Made by a program: the position numbers and the translations under genes. Under the pieces are notes generated by a model that was not told the origin of the DNA, did not search any database, and worked only from the letters and a program-made list of their open reading frames with translations. This document shows positions 24,939 through 37,841 of a DNA stretch of 64,000 nucleotides, piece after piece; the first letter of the stretch is position 1; the number at the start of each line of letters is the position of its first letter. The DNA is taken from the NCBI GenBank assembly GCA_965113315.1, contig OZ220364.1; one strand, written 5' to 3'. Source of the DNA: Podarcis vaucheri (Eukaryota).

Positions 24939-27900
24939 TTTTAACCTGGAATGACAGGGAGAGACAGAAACAAAGCGAGATCAGCACATTTTCTAAGAAC
25001 ATCTCCTATGTCTGCTTGGAAGTAGGCTTACTCAGTTCAGTGGGGCTTACTTCCTCCTAAGCATGCTTGGGATCACAGACCTTGTTACAAAAGGTAACTT
25101 GTCTTTTCCATCACACAGAGATTTTCTGCTGCTTTGGGACCGTATCCTAATGGAAACATTTCCCTTTTAGGATAAGATCGAACTAGTTGAATCAGGAATC
25201 AGAAAAATATGTTTCATCGTAAGGACCAGCTGGTTCCATTTAAGAACAAGCAATTAAGAAGCCGTCATCTGACTTAAATATAGTGGAAAGGAGGTAATTT
25301 AGTGAAAAACCCATGACAGACCCAAAGGCCCTGTGAAATTTCACAAATGCTGTGAAAGGGTTCTCCCAAACTTGCAGCTTTGCATTGCATAAGCAGACAG
25401 ATGGCAACCCCTAGAAGGGACTCTGCATTCCATCCTTCCTTCCAGACTTGAGTTCTGTCGCAGCCCAAACCTATCTATGATTCTAGTCAGCAGTTGCACA
25501 TGCTAAGGTTTCTGGATGATGTTGATAAAGGACCTACATTGAGCTGCTTGGTGTTGACTCCAAGACAACAAAATCAAGCCAACTTGTTTCTTGTGCTGCT
25601 GCTTTATATAACTCAGGTTTATTTGGATCCAGCTAGGGACTTCCTCATTGCCATCTAGGTTTTCTACATATTGCTAAAACTTTTGAGGTAACTATTTTTT
25701 AAAAAACAAAAATAACTATGCCACTATTCTGCATCACATGCATCCACAAACTAGGGAATTCAGACACACTTGGCAAATCTCCTTCGTTCATGTTAGAAAC
25801 TCAGATATATGAGTAAATCTCCAAAGGGCACCTTAAACCTAGGTTGCGGTCGCCACAACAGAATAGGCGCCATTTTCCTCCAATGGGGTTCTTTATTATT
25901 AATAATTTCATTTCTATATGACTTTATATTTTAAAGAAATAATCTCAAAGCAGTTAAGAGAAGAATCTTAAGTAGCACTTTGCTTTCCCCCATATTTATT
26001 TACCTTCTTAATTTATATAGCTGCCCCATAGCAGAAGTAAAGCCAGTGTGCTATAGTGGTTAGAACGTCCGACTAGGACCTGGGAGATCAGTTTTCAAAT
26101 CCCCACTCAGTCATGAAGCTCAGTGGGTGATTCTGGGCCAGTTTTGTGATCATCTTGCTCCCAGGATATAATGCAACCAAATTTGTTTTCAGGGTAGTAA
26201 ATATATTTTCAGAATGCTCTGCAGAGACACTCGCCATAGAACAAACAACCCTACAATTAACTTTCTGCATCTGACCAGGTAGTCATAATTGAGGGGGGGG
26301 GGCTGATTCACTGATTTGGGATTCTTCAGTAATTTACCTTTCCTCTGAATGTCCTTAAGCTGTAGTTTCCTAGAGGCAAGGACTGGTTTGTGTTATGAAA
26401 TATTGGGGAGGAGGGTGGAAGATGTCCTTCAGCAAACCTTCATCTTGCCTCACCTCAACAGCTAGCATTTTTGTTCTTATCAGTTTTACTCATTTTAATT
26501 ACTTAGAAAAGTCTGTACATGAGTTCTGAAAACAATATCCAAATGCTCCCATTGTGTGGCAAGTTCTGCTACACAATTATAACTGTTTCAAGTTTAACTG
26601 TATATAATATGTAATTGTTTATATATAATATATATTTTATCTTCTAGTTCGTCTAATTGTAATGTATGCAGAGTACGGTGTGTCTAAACCATTGAGAGTA
26701 TCTTCAGTGGGTTTAGTTAGACATACCTTCATTTGCCTAGGATTGGGCTCTGTTGATTCTTTTAATGGTAGTACTGAAATATCTAGTAGGTTATTTTCAG
26801 AATTGCTTATGGAGAGAATTTTAAATGCATTAAAACATGGTCAGCAACTATCTGAAAGGTTATTTTCTAGTAACTTAAGAATGAATAATATTAGCCTTTA
26901 AATGAATCCCACTGACATTGTACTTCTTTCACCTGGAGACTATAACTGGGCTGTAGATTGGAGGCAGTTTTTGAACTTGAGTTTGCAAGAACCAAATTAA
27001 AGGAAGATTATCTTTTATCCATTCATCAAATCTAAATATATTTCAATGCCACCCTGTAGTACATCATTAGATGCAAGCCAATAAAGGTATAGAATGCTTA
27101 GTAATCTGCAAAGAATTAACTAGCTAGGAACAGCAGTTGCTATCTCTAGTAGTGCCTGCAGTGCACAGGTGCTTATGAAATCACAGGACAGGACAGTCTA
27201 TGCCCCAATGATCTCGTGCTTGAAGGAATCTGAAGCCTATTTTTTCAACCAGTCTGTGTAAAATAAGAGCAAGAACTCTTTTCAAATTGCAGTCTTGATG
27301 CAAACTGGCTAAAAATATCAGTCTGATAAACCATATCAAGTCATGTTAGCATTGCAACAAATCCTCTGAAATACTGACTTGCAGATGAATTTTTCATCCT
27401 GTGGGGGCAGAAGGAAAAATACATTCATGGACTGCATTTTCGCTGTGACTGTGTAACGTGCTTGGCTATACAGAAGTTAAAGGCAATACACTCCGGTGCA
27501 TCTGCAAGGCAGGTCTGTTTTTGAGAAAATACACTCTCTCATCTCTGCTGTGCAGGACACGCTTAGATACCAGTTTGATCCGCTTCTGATGAGTACCATG
27601 CTGTGAGTCCCATTGAGGGCATTCCAGCCTCCTGCTGCTGCTCAAGCAAAGACCCGACTACAGCCTGGGTAACAGAACTTAAGCAGCATGCCAGGCTGAA
27701 TCAGGATAGGATGATGCCTGCAGAATTTGCAGAGAGAGAAGCGAGGGAGACACTTTTGGCGCCCACGTTGCGCCATGCGGTTATCCTTAATCCGGTTTAA
27801 AGCGCCTTGATACCTTGTTGGAATGCAGAGATGTCCAGGTCTATAGCATTGCATAAACGACCCCAAGCTAAGTTTCCTTAAAGAGGGGTGGCCAATGACA

Positions 27901-28231
27901 AGAGACCATACTATTGTGTGCAAAGAGGTTCCTCTGGGAGAGGGGGAAATGCTTTCTTCTGAAGGGAGGAAAAAACCCCAGCCCCCTCCAACCTAAAGGG
28001 ATATGGATGAGAAAAGAGCCCATCTACTTTCCTTGTGATGCAGGAAGGCTAAGCCCTCCATATGTCTGCATCACTTTGCACATCATAATTTAGCCGGCTC
28101 CTTCAGAATGGGCCACATAGTTCCCCCCCCCCAATAAAAAAAGCGTATGTGGCAGCAAATAACGTTTTTTTAAAAAATAGCTACAGCAGCAAGACAACCA
28201 AACTTCAGTGTCCAGAAGAAAAGCCACTTAC

Positions 28232-29110
28232 CGAGTCGGTAGATGCTGCAGCTGCAACTTGGGCAGAGGAAACGGAGGAAGGAAAAAAAAAAGATTCCTC
28301 CCCGAGCTGCAGAGAAGTGCAGCTTTGGCCTATGACCCGGTCAGTAGCATGCTGAGGTGGCCTGGGAACACGCCTCAGTTTCGAGACCCCTTTTGGAGAG
28401 GGTGGAGCCTGTGCCTCAGACAAGACCCTCTTCGCTTCGGCGGGGAAGAGAGGAGCAGGTCGCTGCTCCCCCAGCCCCCGTTACCCGACGCAAGGCTCTC
28501 TCCGCCGGTGCCAAGGCTGCCCCATGCCCAGCGGGGTGCACCGTCAGCGCCTAGCTTTTCGAGAAGGGGGGGTCCCTGTGGGGCGCCGCTCCTCGCCTGC
28601 CTGCCTGCCTGCCAGCTAGCCAGGCGGGCTCCCTCTTCGCACCCCCCACCTGACTCTCCTCCGCCCGGTCCCTCTCGCAACTGCGGCAGTGCTGCCGCTG
28701 TGCTCGAGCTTAAGCTTTTTATACCGGCTCGAGCCGGTCTCCGCCGGCGGACCCGGCGCGCGCGGCAGCAACAGCTCAGCAGCGCCATGTGCGCGCCGGG
28801 CCCGGCTTTGCAATTGCAGCGGAGGAGGGGCGGGCTGCTTCTCCCGCGTGCTCCGAGGGGAAGGCGGGGCGGCGCAGAGGCAGGGGCGCGCGCCGGGCGG
28901 CGGCAAGGGGGCTTCAGATAGCGCGCGGGCCTCTGCCACGTCCGCTTTCCCTCAGACCCGGCGGAATAGTCTTATTTTTAATTTGCGCCGCGGGCGTTTG
29001 AGGCTCCTCGTCCAAGTAGCCCCTCTCCACGAGGCAATGCCGCTGCCTCTATTCCCTCTTCCCCCCATGATAGTCGGCCGCCTCTTCAGCCGAGTACCCT
29101 GGAGAAGGTT
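28232..29110 (-). promoter_or_regulatory. SLC16A6: CpG island; SLC16A6 promoter and non-coding first exon
   Basis: Minus-strand TATAAAAA at 28723-28716 with GC boxes upstream; strong minus-strand donor CG|GTAAGT at 28231; 3.3 kb upstream of the first coding exon. Confidence 0.7.
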
Positions 29111-29344
29111 GGGGGCAAGGGCTGGAGAGCTCTCCTAGCCAGAGTCCCTCACTAGAGCCCCCTTTATGTCCTTTCTCGAAGTTCGTGAGACTCGGCATCC
29201 CTGCCACCCTCTGGGGAATGGACTTCCATCATGTGCCGCCTCCTCATTCGCCCCCTTTGCGAATGGATGCTTGCCTGTTAACGTCCTCCCTTATTGGAGC
29301 CTTTTTTAGGGGGGGATTCCGCTCCCTAACTTCGCCCTGTTGGG

Positions 29345-29491
29345 CAGTGGCGTAGCGTGGGTTGTCAGCACCCGGGGCAAGGCAAGTAATTTGCGCCCCC
29401 TAACCCGTGGATTTGCGCCCCCTAATCCTAACCCCCAGATGTTGCGCCCGGTGCGGCCGGCCCCCCCTGCACCCCCCACGCTACGCCACTG
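29345..29491. mobile_element. Non-autonomous hAT element between the two CpG islands
   Basis: Perfect 17-bp TIR CAGTGGCGTAGCGTGGG; perfect 8-bp TSD CTGTTGGG. Confidence 0.9.
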
Positions 29492-29559
29492 CTGTTGGGT
29501 CTCTGGAGTGAGGTGTCCAGTTCGAGTACTGCAGGGATCGGTGTGCTTAAGGCAGGAAG

Positions 29560-30700
29560 GAGAGCCACTCCTTCAGCCAAGAGGAGCGCGCCCGGTTGGC
29601 CAAGTCTGCGCCGTAAGGTCCCTTAAGGTGAACTGCGCCGCAGGCACGCAAGGCGAGCAGCTTTCTTCTCGCTGCAAGCCGCCTGGAATCGTCTTCTTCC
29701 CAGTTATCTGCACGGATTTCTTGCTCTCTCTCTCCCCCCCCCCCACCGCGTGTTCTGCATTTCCCTAAGAATGTGCGCGCGCGTGTACATCTTGTATCTG
29801 GAGGGTCGGGACTTGGGAGCCGCTCCGTGCGCTCCTTATTGGCACTAGGGAGAGCAAGGATGGGCTTAATCTTCATCCCTATGCTTCCCTATTGAGAGCA
29901 AGCCCTGGATGAGAGTTAGATCCGCCAAGCATCCTCGACGGATGCTGCCCGTGCCGGAGCCCCGACGTGAGTGCTTCCCTAAGGAATTAATGCGGAGTCG
30001 CTCGCTGCTTAAGTGACAACAAAACGCAGTTCTGATCCCCCGCAGTTTCAAATCTATGGGGAGAATTTCATAATGGGCTTTCTTGCAGCTCCGCAAGACG
30101 TTTCCGACTCCAGTGCCGAGCAAGTCCTGTACAGTATAAAGAAATGACAAACCCACAGCTTCCTTGGGGTGGGGCTTCAAAGGAAACCAGTTGCTAGATT
30201 ACTACCCTAAGGGGCTACAGGATTTATGTAGTGCATAATGAACTTTTTGTGTGTGCGCGCGCCCCCCTTTCTCCCAGCAATTTTTTGTTTTTTTAAAAAA
30301 ATCTGCCCCCATCAATGACAATTGTATTACGCGCGGGACCCGGCGAGCGCCTCCTACCGGCTGCATTGCCCGGCGGCGCTCTGTCGGGCACGAGCGCGGG
30401 CGCCCTGCTTGGCGGCGGCGGCGCGAGCGCGTTCCACTTTCCCAGGTTCGAGCTCGTGCCGCTGCAGCTGCTGCTGCTCGAGCCGATCCGGGCAGAACAG
30501 GTTTCTGCCAGTTTGGGTGTGTGTCTGGCTGTTGCTGTGTGTGCACACACTAGAGACTCGTAATCTCCCGGAAGCTGAGCTCTCCTTGTTGCATTGGGGA
30601 ATGCTGGTGACTCAGTTGGGCTGGCTGGCGGTGCTTTGCAAAGCGCTCTGTGCAATGCCGGGGGGCATCCTTCCTGGCAGTGCGTGTGTGCGCCTACCCC
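29560..30700. promoter_or_regulatory. CpG island head-to-head with SLC16A6; possible proximal ARSG promoter
   Basis: CpG-dense GC-rich stretch, densest at 30330-30500; no credible CDS. Confidence 0.5.
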
Positions 30701-32449
30701 CTTGGAGTCAGCAGTTTTGCAGTCTTCACTTTGAACCTTCGGTTCTGCCAGCAAAGTCTTTTGAATGTAGGAATGTTTTTGTTTTGTTTTTAATTCGTTT
30801 TCTTTTATGGCTTTGGAACAAATAAAGCTTTAGCAGGATTTTCAGAAATATTTGCCATCTCTGCTCATGAATGACCCCTGTGAGGTTTTTGTGGTTTTTT
30901 TTTTAAAAATGAAGTTAAATTCCTAATACCAGCTCCTAACTTACTTGTCTTTACTGTGGAAAGGGTTAAGATGTAAGTCAAAACTAGACTAATGGCCCAG
31001 ATTAATCACAGTATTGATTTTTCTTATTTTTGTAATGGATGTAGGAACTGCAGCAGGAGAGGGTTAACTTTTCTTTAGCGTTATGTTAAATCCAGTTGAA
31101 AACTAGCCCCTTTTTAAAAAGCAGTGTGCAGGTAAATCTGCCTTTGTTTAAAATAATTTCAGGTGTTTCTTTAGAGCAAGAAACATTCAAATGATTAGTG
31201 TGGTTTTTTTCAATGGCCCATAGATCTCAGCTCTATTTTTAAAAAGTGACATTTTTTCAGTGGATTTTAAAAAGGTGATTGCTGGAGTGATTTTTGTTAA
31301 GGTTTTTCCCCCACCCCACCCCCCATAATTTGGTTTATACTTATTTTTTTTTTACACCAGTATGTAAAATCCCATGCAGAAAACAAAGCAATATTCATAA
31401 TGACGTTCTGTTAGCTGCACATTAAAAAACAAAGGTAGCATAGTTCTATGAAATGAGCTCTGATATGTTTGTTCAAGGGGCCTTTGGAAGCAAATCCTTC
31501 TTATATCAAAGGGGCTTACTTGCAGTGAAACACACAAGGCTAAAGGTCTGTGAAATATTCCATTGAAATCAATAGTTACACTGTACCTATTGGGATGTTA
31601 AACAGCAAACCAGTATTTTCATTGCAATTCCTGCTGTAGCAAAACATAAGGCTGCAGTTATATTTCCACAGACTGGAGTAACTCAGTGGGCTTGCAATAG
31701 GATGTGAGTAGGGGGTCGCAGCTCTGGAGGATTAGCTTGTTTTCAGTGTTAAAATTGTATTTCCAATTGTTACAAATGCCTTTTAACTATTAAGTAATTG
31801 AAAGGAACTAATAACCATTTTGGACCATCCTTAGCTTAAAAAAGCAAGGTGGTCAGCCAGAATATCTATTCTCTGTTCTCGCACAGCTGAAAACCTTACC
31901 AATACCAAAACAAAACAAACTTAACAATAAATAGGCATTGCCCTTCCAGAGTTGCTTATAAATATGCTAAAAGAATAAAACTATCAGTATAATATACAGT
32001 TAAAACACAGCAGGGCAGCAGCAGTTACCATAAAAACAAAGTGATTAAAAGTTATAAAACGCCCACAAACTTGGCTTCAGGCAAGCCTCCATGGGTGTGG
32101 GAGGTGTTTTTTGTTGTTGTTTTTAGTGGGTGTGCCACAATTACTAAAAAGGCTTTGTTTGGTCACTGCTTGCCTGTCTACTACTCAGATGTACAGGACA
32201 ATATAGAGAAGGGACCTCTGAAGACGATAAACTTAGACCTTGAGTCAACTCAATTGTTGCACTAGCGGGAGCCAACACAAGTCCCACTAGTGCACAATTA
32301 ATCAGTTAAATTGCACTCCTAATTAAAAATCCTAGTGGGGGCAAAATGTTTTGACCTGGCTCCTAAGAGATGCTGATATTGGTGCTTTCCTACCTTGCCT
32401 GCAGCCTCACTGAGAAATAGTGTTGTGAGTAATCTGGACACGTTACACT

Positions 32450-32910
32450 GACAGACTGGAACGTGTCCAGAGGAGGGCAACCAAAATGGTCAAAGGCCTG
32501 GAAACGATGCCTTATGAGGAACGGCTAAGGGAGCTGGGCATGTTTAGCCTGGAGAAGAGGAGGTTAAGGGGTGATATGATAGCCATGTTCAAATATATAA
32601 AAGGATGTCATATAGAGGAGGGAGAAAGGTTGTTTTCTGCTGCTCCAGAGAAGCGGACACGGAGCAATGGATCCAAACTACAAGAAATAAGATTCCACCT
32701 AAACATTAGGAAGAACTTCCTGACAGTAAGAGCTGTTCGACAGTGGAATTTGCTGCCAAGGAGTGTGGTGGAGTCTCCTACTTTGGAGGTCTTTAAGCAG
32801 AGGCTTGACAACCATATGTCAGGAGTGCTCTGATGGTGTTTCCTGCTTGGCAGGGGGTTGGACTCGATGGCCCTTGTGGTCTCTTCCAACTCTATGATTC
32901 TATGATTCTA
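32450..32910 (+). mobile_element. CR1 LINE 3' fragment
   Basis: Encodes [35 protein letters not shown]...; ends in (ATTCTATG)n tail. Confidence 0.92.
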
Positions 32911-34329
32911 ATCTGCGTCTGCAAGATGCCAGCTTTTGAAAGGCTATGACCTGTCACAATGGAGACTCTGGCTGTACAGAAAATTGATTTCATTTCCTCA
33001 GGGCTACATAAAAAAAATAAAAAAAATTCAAAGGCTGGTTTCTGATGTTTATTCAGCCTCTGGAAGAGAACACCTTTTGGCCTGATAAGTTATTTACATT
33101 TCAAACAAAAAGGATGACGCTGTATATGTTTTTTTGTTCCTGCGTTCACTGAATTTCTTAACGTCCTTCTCTGAAGCATGTGCAGCTGGGCTGCTTGAAG
33201 AGCAAGCTCTGGTCAGGCTTGTTTTTATTTTACCAGTTTCTGCTCTCACCTTTCACAAACACACGCAAATGTACATGCTCATATGCGTGAACATATCATT
33301 GCTGCTTTTTTGTATTTGAACTCTTGACTTTGTGCCCGCCTGTAGTAAGGGATAATAACTTCATTCATCCTTGAATGGTAAAATTAAACCCTATTGGTGG
33401 AAACTTGGTAGAAACTTGACACGCTGCCATGCTGATCAAACACATTGCAAAGCAAATTTTTGCTTTGCTTAATCAAGGGAGAACTTTTAATTTTTTTTTT
33501 TGTAAGGATGCCTTTGTCGAGGAAACTTCTGCAGCCCAGAAAATTTACTCTCACCAAGTTTGCTAAGAGCAGAATAAATTGTGCAAATATCACACAAACA
33601 ATACTGTGGACTAGATGATCCTCTTGGTCTCTTCTAACTCTACTAGTCTATGATTCTGCTATGTGACTTGAAGAACTGCCTGCATCCTTGCTAATCTGTC
33701 TGTACTTTAAGATCTGTCCCTGAAGCCCTACTGAGGTGTAGGAATTATGATTTCACAGGACATGAGATAAGCCTACTACTAATTTCACCTTGCAAGAAAC
33801 TCCATTTGACTTTGGTTGGTAGCCTGACCCAAGGGTCTGAGGTTCCCCACCCCAGCTATAGAGAACTCTAAGAGTTACATGGGCATCAGGGAGTACCCCA
33901 AAATGGCCCAAGTAATCCCTTCTCGTAGCAATGTAGGTGAGACTTCCTGGTTCATTTTGAAGCTGTATTTTGGTCTTACTTCATTTGTCTTTAGCCTCTA
34001 CCTCTCAAATATTGGCACAGCAGTCTGTTGGGAAGGATAGCACTTCACTACTTATTTCAACTCTCAACAGGAAGGCTGGTGTAGGGAGCTTGGAGTGTTC
34101 CTCAGTCCTCAATCCCTTCCAACTCGGCTAAGTTCTGTTATTTGATCCAGCTGCTCACAGGGGTTCCCAGCACCAAAGTGGAGAGAGGAGCGGGGAGGTA
34201 GAACGCAGCCATACCTCTCTTACTTGCTCAGTTATCTCAGAATCTTGACCCACCAAACGTTATCACAATCCCAACTCCCATCAGCCCCCAGCCAACATGG
34301 CCAGCGGTCAGAGTTGAAGTTGAACCATA

Positions 34330-34570
34330 TCTTGAGGCCTTTAAAGGTCAACACCAACACTTTGAAATGTGCTTGGAAACGTACTGGGAACCAGTGAAGA
34401 TGCTTTAGGACTGGTGTTATGTGGTCTTGGAGGCCGCTCCCAGTCACCAATCTAGCTGCCGCATTCTGGATTAGTTGTTGTTTCTGAGTCACCTTCAAAG
34501 ATAGGCCCAAGTATAGCGCATTGCAGTAATCCAAGTGGGAGATAACTAGAGCATGCACCACTCTGGCGAG
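34330..34570 (-). mobile_element. L2 LINE RT C-terminal fragment
   Basis: Encodes VHALVISHLDYCNALYLGL...QNAAARLVTG...HITPVLKHLHW. Confidence 0.85.
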
Positions 34571-35829
34571 ACCAAAAGTGCATTGTTTGCCGCTGAAATG
34601 TCCCCAAAGAGGAACTGGAACAGCAGTTGAATTCTCCCAGTTCTATAACTCCCTTTTGTAGATACGAATCCTAAAATTGCCACCTTATCTCCATATATAT
34701 TTATCTGTGCACAGATAGGTACCTGCTGTTGTTCTTCTAATGGAAGCTGAGTTTCTTAGGTCTCTTGTTTTAAAACAGATCCGACCAGAATCCAAGGAGC
34801 ATCATGCAGAGCTTCACTCTGGGAGACACGTCCTCCTTGAAATACTCTGTACAAACCAGATTTCTCCCTTGGCTTTAAAATGAAAAGCAAAATGAGAGTA
34901 GACTTACCCTGTTGCCAGTGTTGTAGAAACCGCTGTCCTCAGGGCTGGAGGACCAGCTAAATGCCTCTACAAAGACAATGAGAGTGGATGGCTCTTCGGC
35001 TCCACAGTTTCAAGGAGGGTGATGAGGGGAGAACAAGGAAGATGCCTCTATACCCAACTCTTTTTAAGCAAATAAGCTTGGATGTTTATAAGGGCTTAAA
35101 CTCCTCCCCCAGAGGAATAACTTTGGAGAAGTTGCTCATCCCCCCCGCTAAGGTGCTGTCTTATATTTTTCCAGCATAAGCTAATAACTAACTTTACCAA
35201 GCTGCAGTATATAACCTTAGATTTCACCGGCCATTGAGGCTAAGTAGGGAAACGCTCTGGTTTCCAAAAAGATCCGGGCTGCTTCCTTCAAGCTATGCAA
35301 AAATGTCTTTGTGAAACAGTTGTTGCCCAAATTCTTCGAGGGAAAGCCCAGAAGCAGCTTGGCGGTTCATTGGGTGAGACCCCTTGCATTCCTGGGGATA
35401 TAATGTGGGGCCCTTGGTCTCCCATTGGCTGCCCACCCAGGGCATAGGCACAGTTGCAAAGTGCAGGATGAAAATAATATCAGAACCAACAGGCGGAAGG
35501 AAGTATTCCAGGCAATTGTGAAGGTTTAATGTGCATTTGTTGTATAGTTCAGGGCAGGGTGAGAAACTGGGGGCGGAGTGCAGCAGAAAATTTCGGTTTT
35601 CCTTGGGCGGCAAATCTTTCTCAACCTTGATCCCATGGAATAAAAATGTAGTGTAAAATACAATAATTGTACAGGATGAAAAGTAGTGCTTAAGCATAGC
35701 ATGCCTTCTTTCTGATGATACACAGGGGGCAAATAATTAGGAAGTAATTGTAAAACAAAGAGAAGCTGTTAGGATTTTAGAAACAGGCACATTTCTATTG
35801 CTGTTCTTGTAATCAGGCCTTTAACTATT

Positions 35830-36036
35830 TATTTTAACTATTTAACTAGCTCTGGTGATCATCTAATGTTTATTGGATGGATTTTCCTCCTAAATTGATT
35901 TTGGAATTCTGAATTTATTGTTATTCACGTTTTATACTGTATTTTATGCTGTTTTTGTTGCATCAGTTAAGTGTTTTAAAATTGTTGTTAGCCGCCCTGA
36001 GCCCGGTTTTCTGAACCGGGAAGGGCAGGGTGTAAA

Positions 36037-36085
<49 letters not shown>
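35830..36085 (+). mobile_element. L2-like 3' end with (TTA)n microsatellite tail
   Basis: TTGTTAGCCGCCCTGAGCC stem-loop terminus followed by about 15 TTA units; a similar end lies at 57390-57472. Confidence 0.6.
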
Positions 36086-36086
<1 letters not shown>

Positions 36087-36763
36087 ATTTGAAAGTTGTT
36101 GTTTTTTTAAAAAAATGTAGTCTTAGCAGGGCATCCATATAATGATAAATTTTCTCTTGGCTTTTATCTTTATATCCACTTCCGGAAAAGGAGGATGCAG
36201 ACATAGACCTGCCTTATAGCCCAGGCAGAGGGATTTTTTTGGGGGGGGTTGGGTTTGGGGGCTCTTGGGCAAAAGAGTCATTTGGGGCCCCTTAAATGTA
36301 TGGAAGCACATACAATTTCACTTTTTCACTTAATTCTGTACATAAAGCTGCAATGAATGTGTGAATAAATGCGTCATTGCGGTCAATGTTTGTTACAACT
36401 GGAGCGAAGAATATTACTTAATACACGTTATCAACACCACACTGTAAATACATGAATACAGATCATAGCAGAAGGGGGGAAAGGCATTGTCTTCATATGT
36501 GATGCTCTTATGTAAACAGAAACAGAAAAGAAGAAACTCTCCTTAAAAAGCAAAATGTATGACGTATGGTAAATTGGTGACAGTTTACTGATAAATAACA
36601 GTATAGGCAAGAGTCCATCCTATTCAATGAAATGAACTTCCTTCTTGGAAGTCAAGTCCTCAACCAAGTCACTCTAATCCAGACTTCTCCCAATTTTATA
36701 TTCAACTGAGGTCTGTTCTAGTGCTGTCTTGGATATTTACAAGAGCGTCAAAGATTTTAAATA

Positions 36764-37044
36764 CCGTATTCTTTCCGTGTACAAGACAATGAATTCCTCC
36801 CAATTTTTTAGTCAAAGATTGGAGGTCGTCTTATACACAGATTTATATGGTAAGTATTGGGTGAGTTGGCAAGGCACGCAGGTCCGGGAGATGGCTGGTG
36901 AGGCAAGGCTGTGCTGAGACATGGGGGATTGAGCAGGGGATCGCCCCCAAAAAGCTCAACAACAATAACGATTTCTAAATTTTGGGCTCCCAAAAGTAGG
37001 GGTCATCTTATACATGGGGTCGTGTTATACACAGAGAAATGTGG
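36764..37044. mobile_element. MITE family D-like
   Basis: TA|CCGTATTCTTTCCGTGTACAAGAC with a degenerate inverted right end. Confidence 0.72.
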
Positions 37045-37367
37045 TATCTCTGCAGCTGGCTTTCAAGGCTGTTATCCTCCCCTATAAATAATAATGTTAA
37101 AAAAAGCACAGATCTATAAAAAGCCATTTTATTACCCTTTGTGTCTGTTTTCTAGTGTTCAGTTTGCCCTTGTAATGGATTAAAGGTTAGGAAATTGAAT
37201 TTTATGCTTTTGTTTTGTTTAACTAAAGCTGTTCCCTGCTGGTTAATGTTCAGCAAGTCCATATATCACCACTTTCTTCCAGACAACAGGGCAGTTCCAA
37301 CTTTATCTCCTTGCAGTTCAGTTCTGCAGAAAGCGACAGCGTGAGTGATGTTGCAACATTTCCAATA

Positions 37368-37594
37368 CAGTGGTACCTCGGGTTACAGACGCTTCAGATT
37401 ACAGACTCTGCTAACCCAGAAATAGTACCTCAGATTAAGAACTCTACCTCATGATGAGAACAGAAATAGCGCCCTGGCAGCAGCGGGAGGCCCCATTAGC
37501 TAAAGTGGTGTCTCAGGTTAAGAACAGTTTCAGGTTAAGAACAGACCTCCAGAACGAATTAAGTTCTTAACCTGGAACGAATTAAGTTCTTAAC
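37368..37594 (+). mobile_element. MITE family A lacking its right terminal TIR
   Basis: Left TIR intact; ends in a 20-bp duplication abutting a family B MITE. Confidence 0.85.
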
Positions 37595-37596
37595 TA

Positions 37597-37841
37597 CAGT
37601 GGATGCTAGGGTTGCGAACGTGATCCGTGCGGGATGCACATTTGCAACCTGCAACGGTGCGTCTGCGCACGCGCGGGTTGCAATTTGGTGCTTCTACGCA
37701 TGCACAAAGCCCAATTTAGCACTTCTGCGCATGTGCGACCCCCGAAACCCAGAAGTAACCCGTTCCAGTACTTCTGGGTTTCGGCGGGTCTATAACCCGA
37801 TAAAACATAACCTGAAGTGTCTGTAACCCGAGGTATGACTG
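37597..37841 (+). mobile_element. MITE family B
   Basis: TA|CAGTGGATGC ... GGTATGACTG|TA. Confidence 0.82.

Noticed and set aside
28208-30825. ORFs of 100-237 aa in the two central CpG islands
   Set aside because: Same GC-shadow effect; no splice-consistent or domain evidence.
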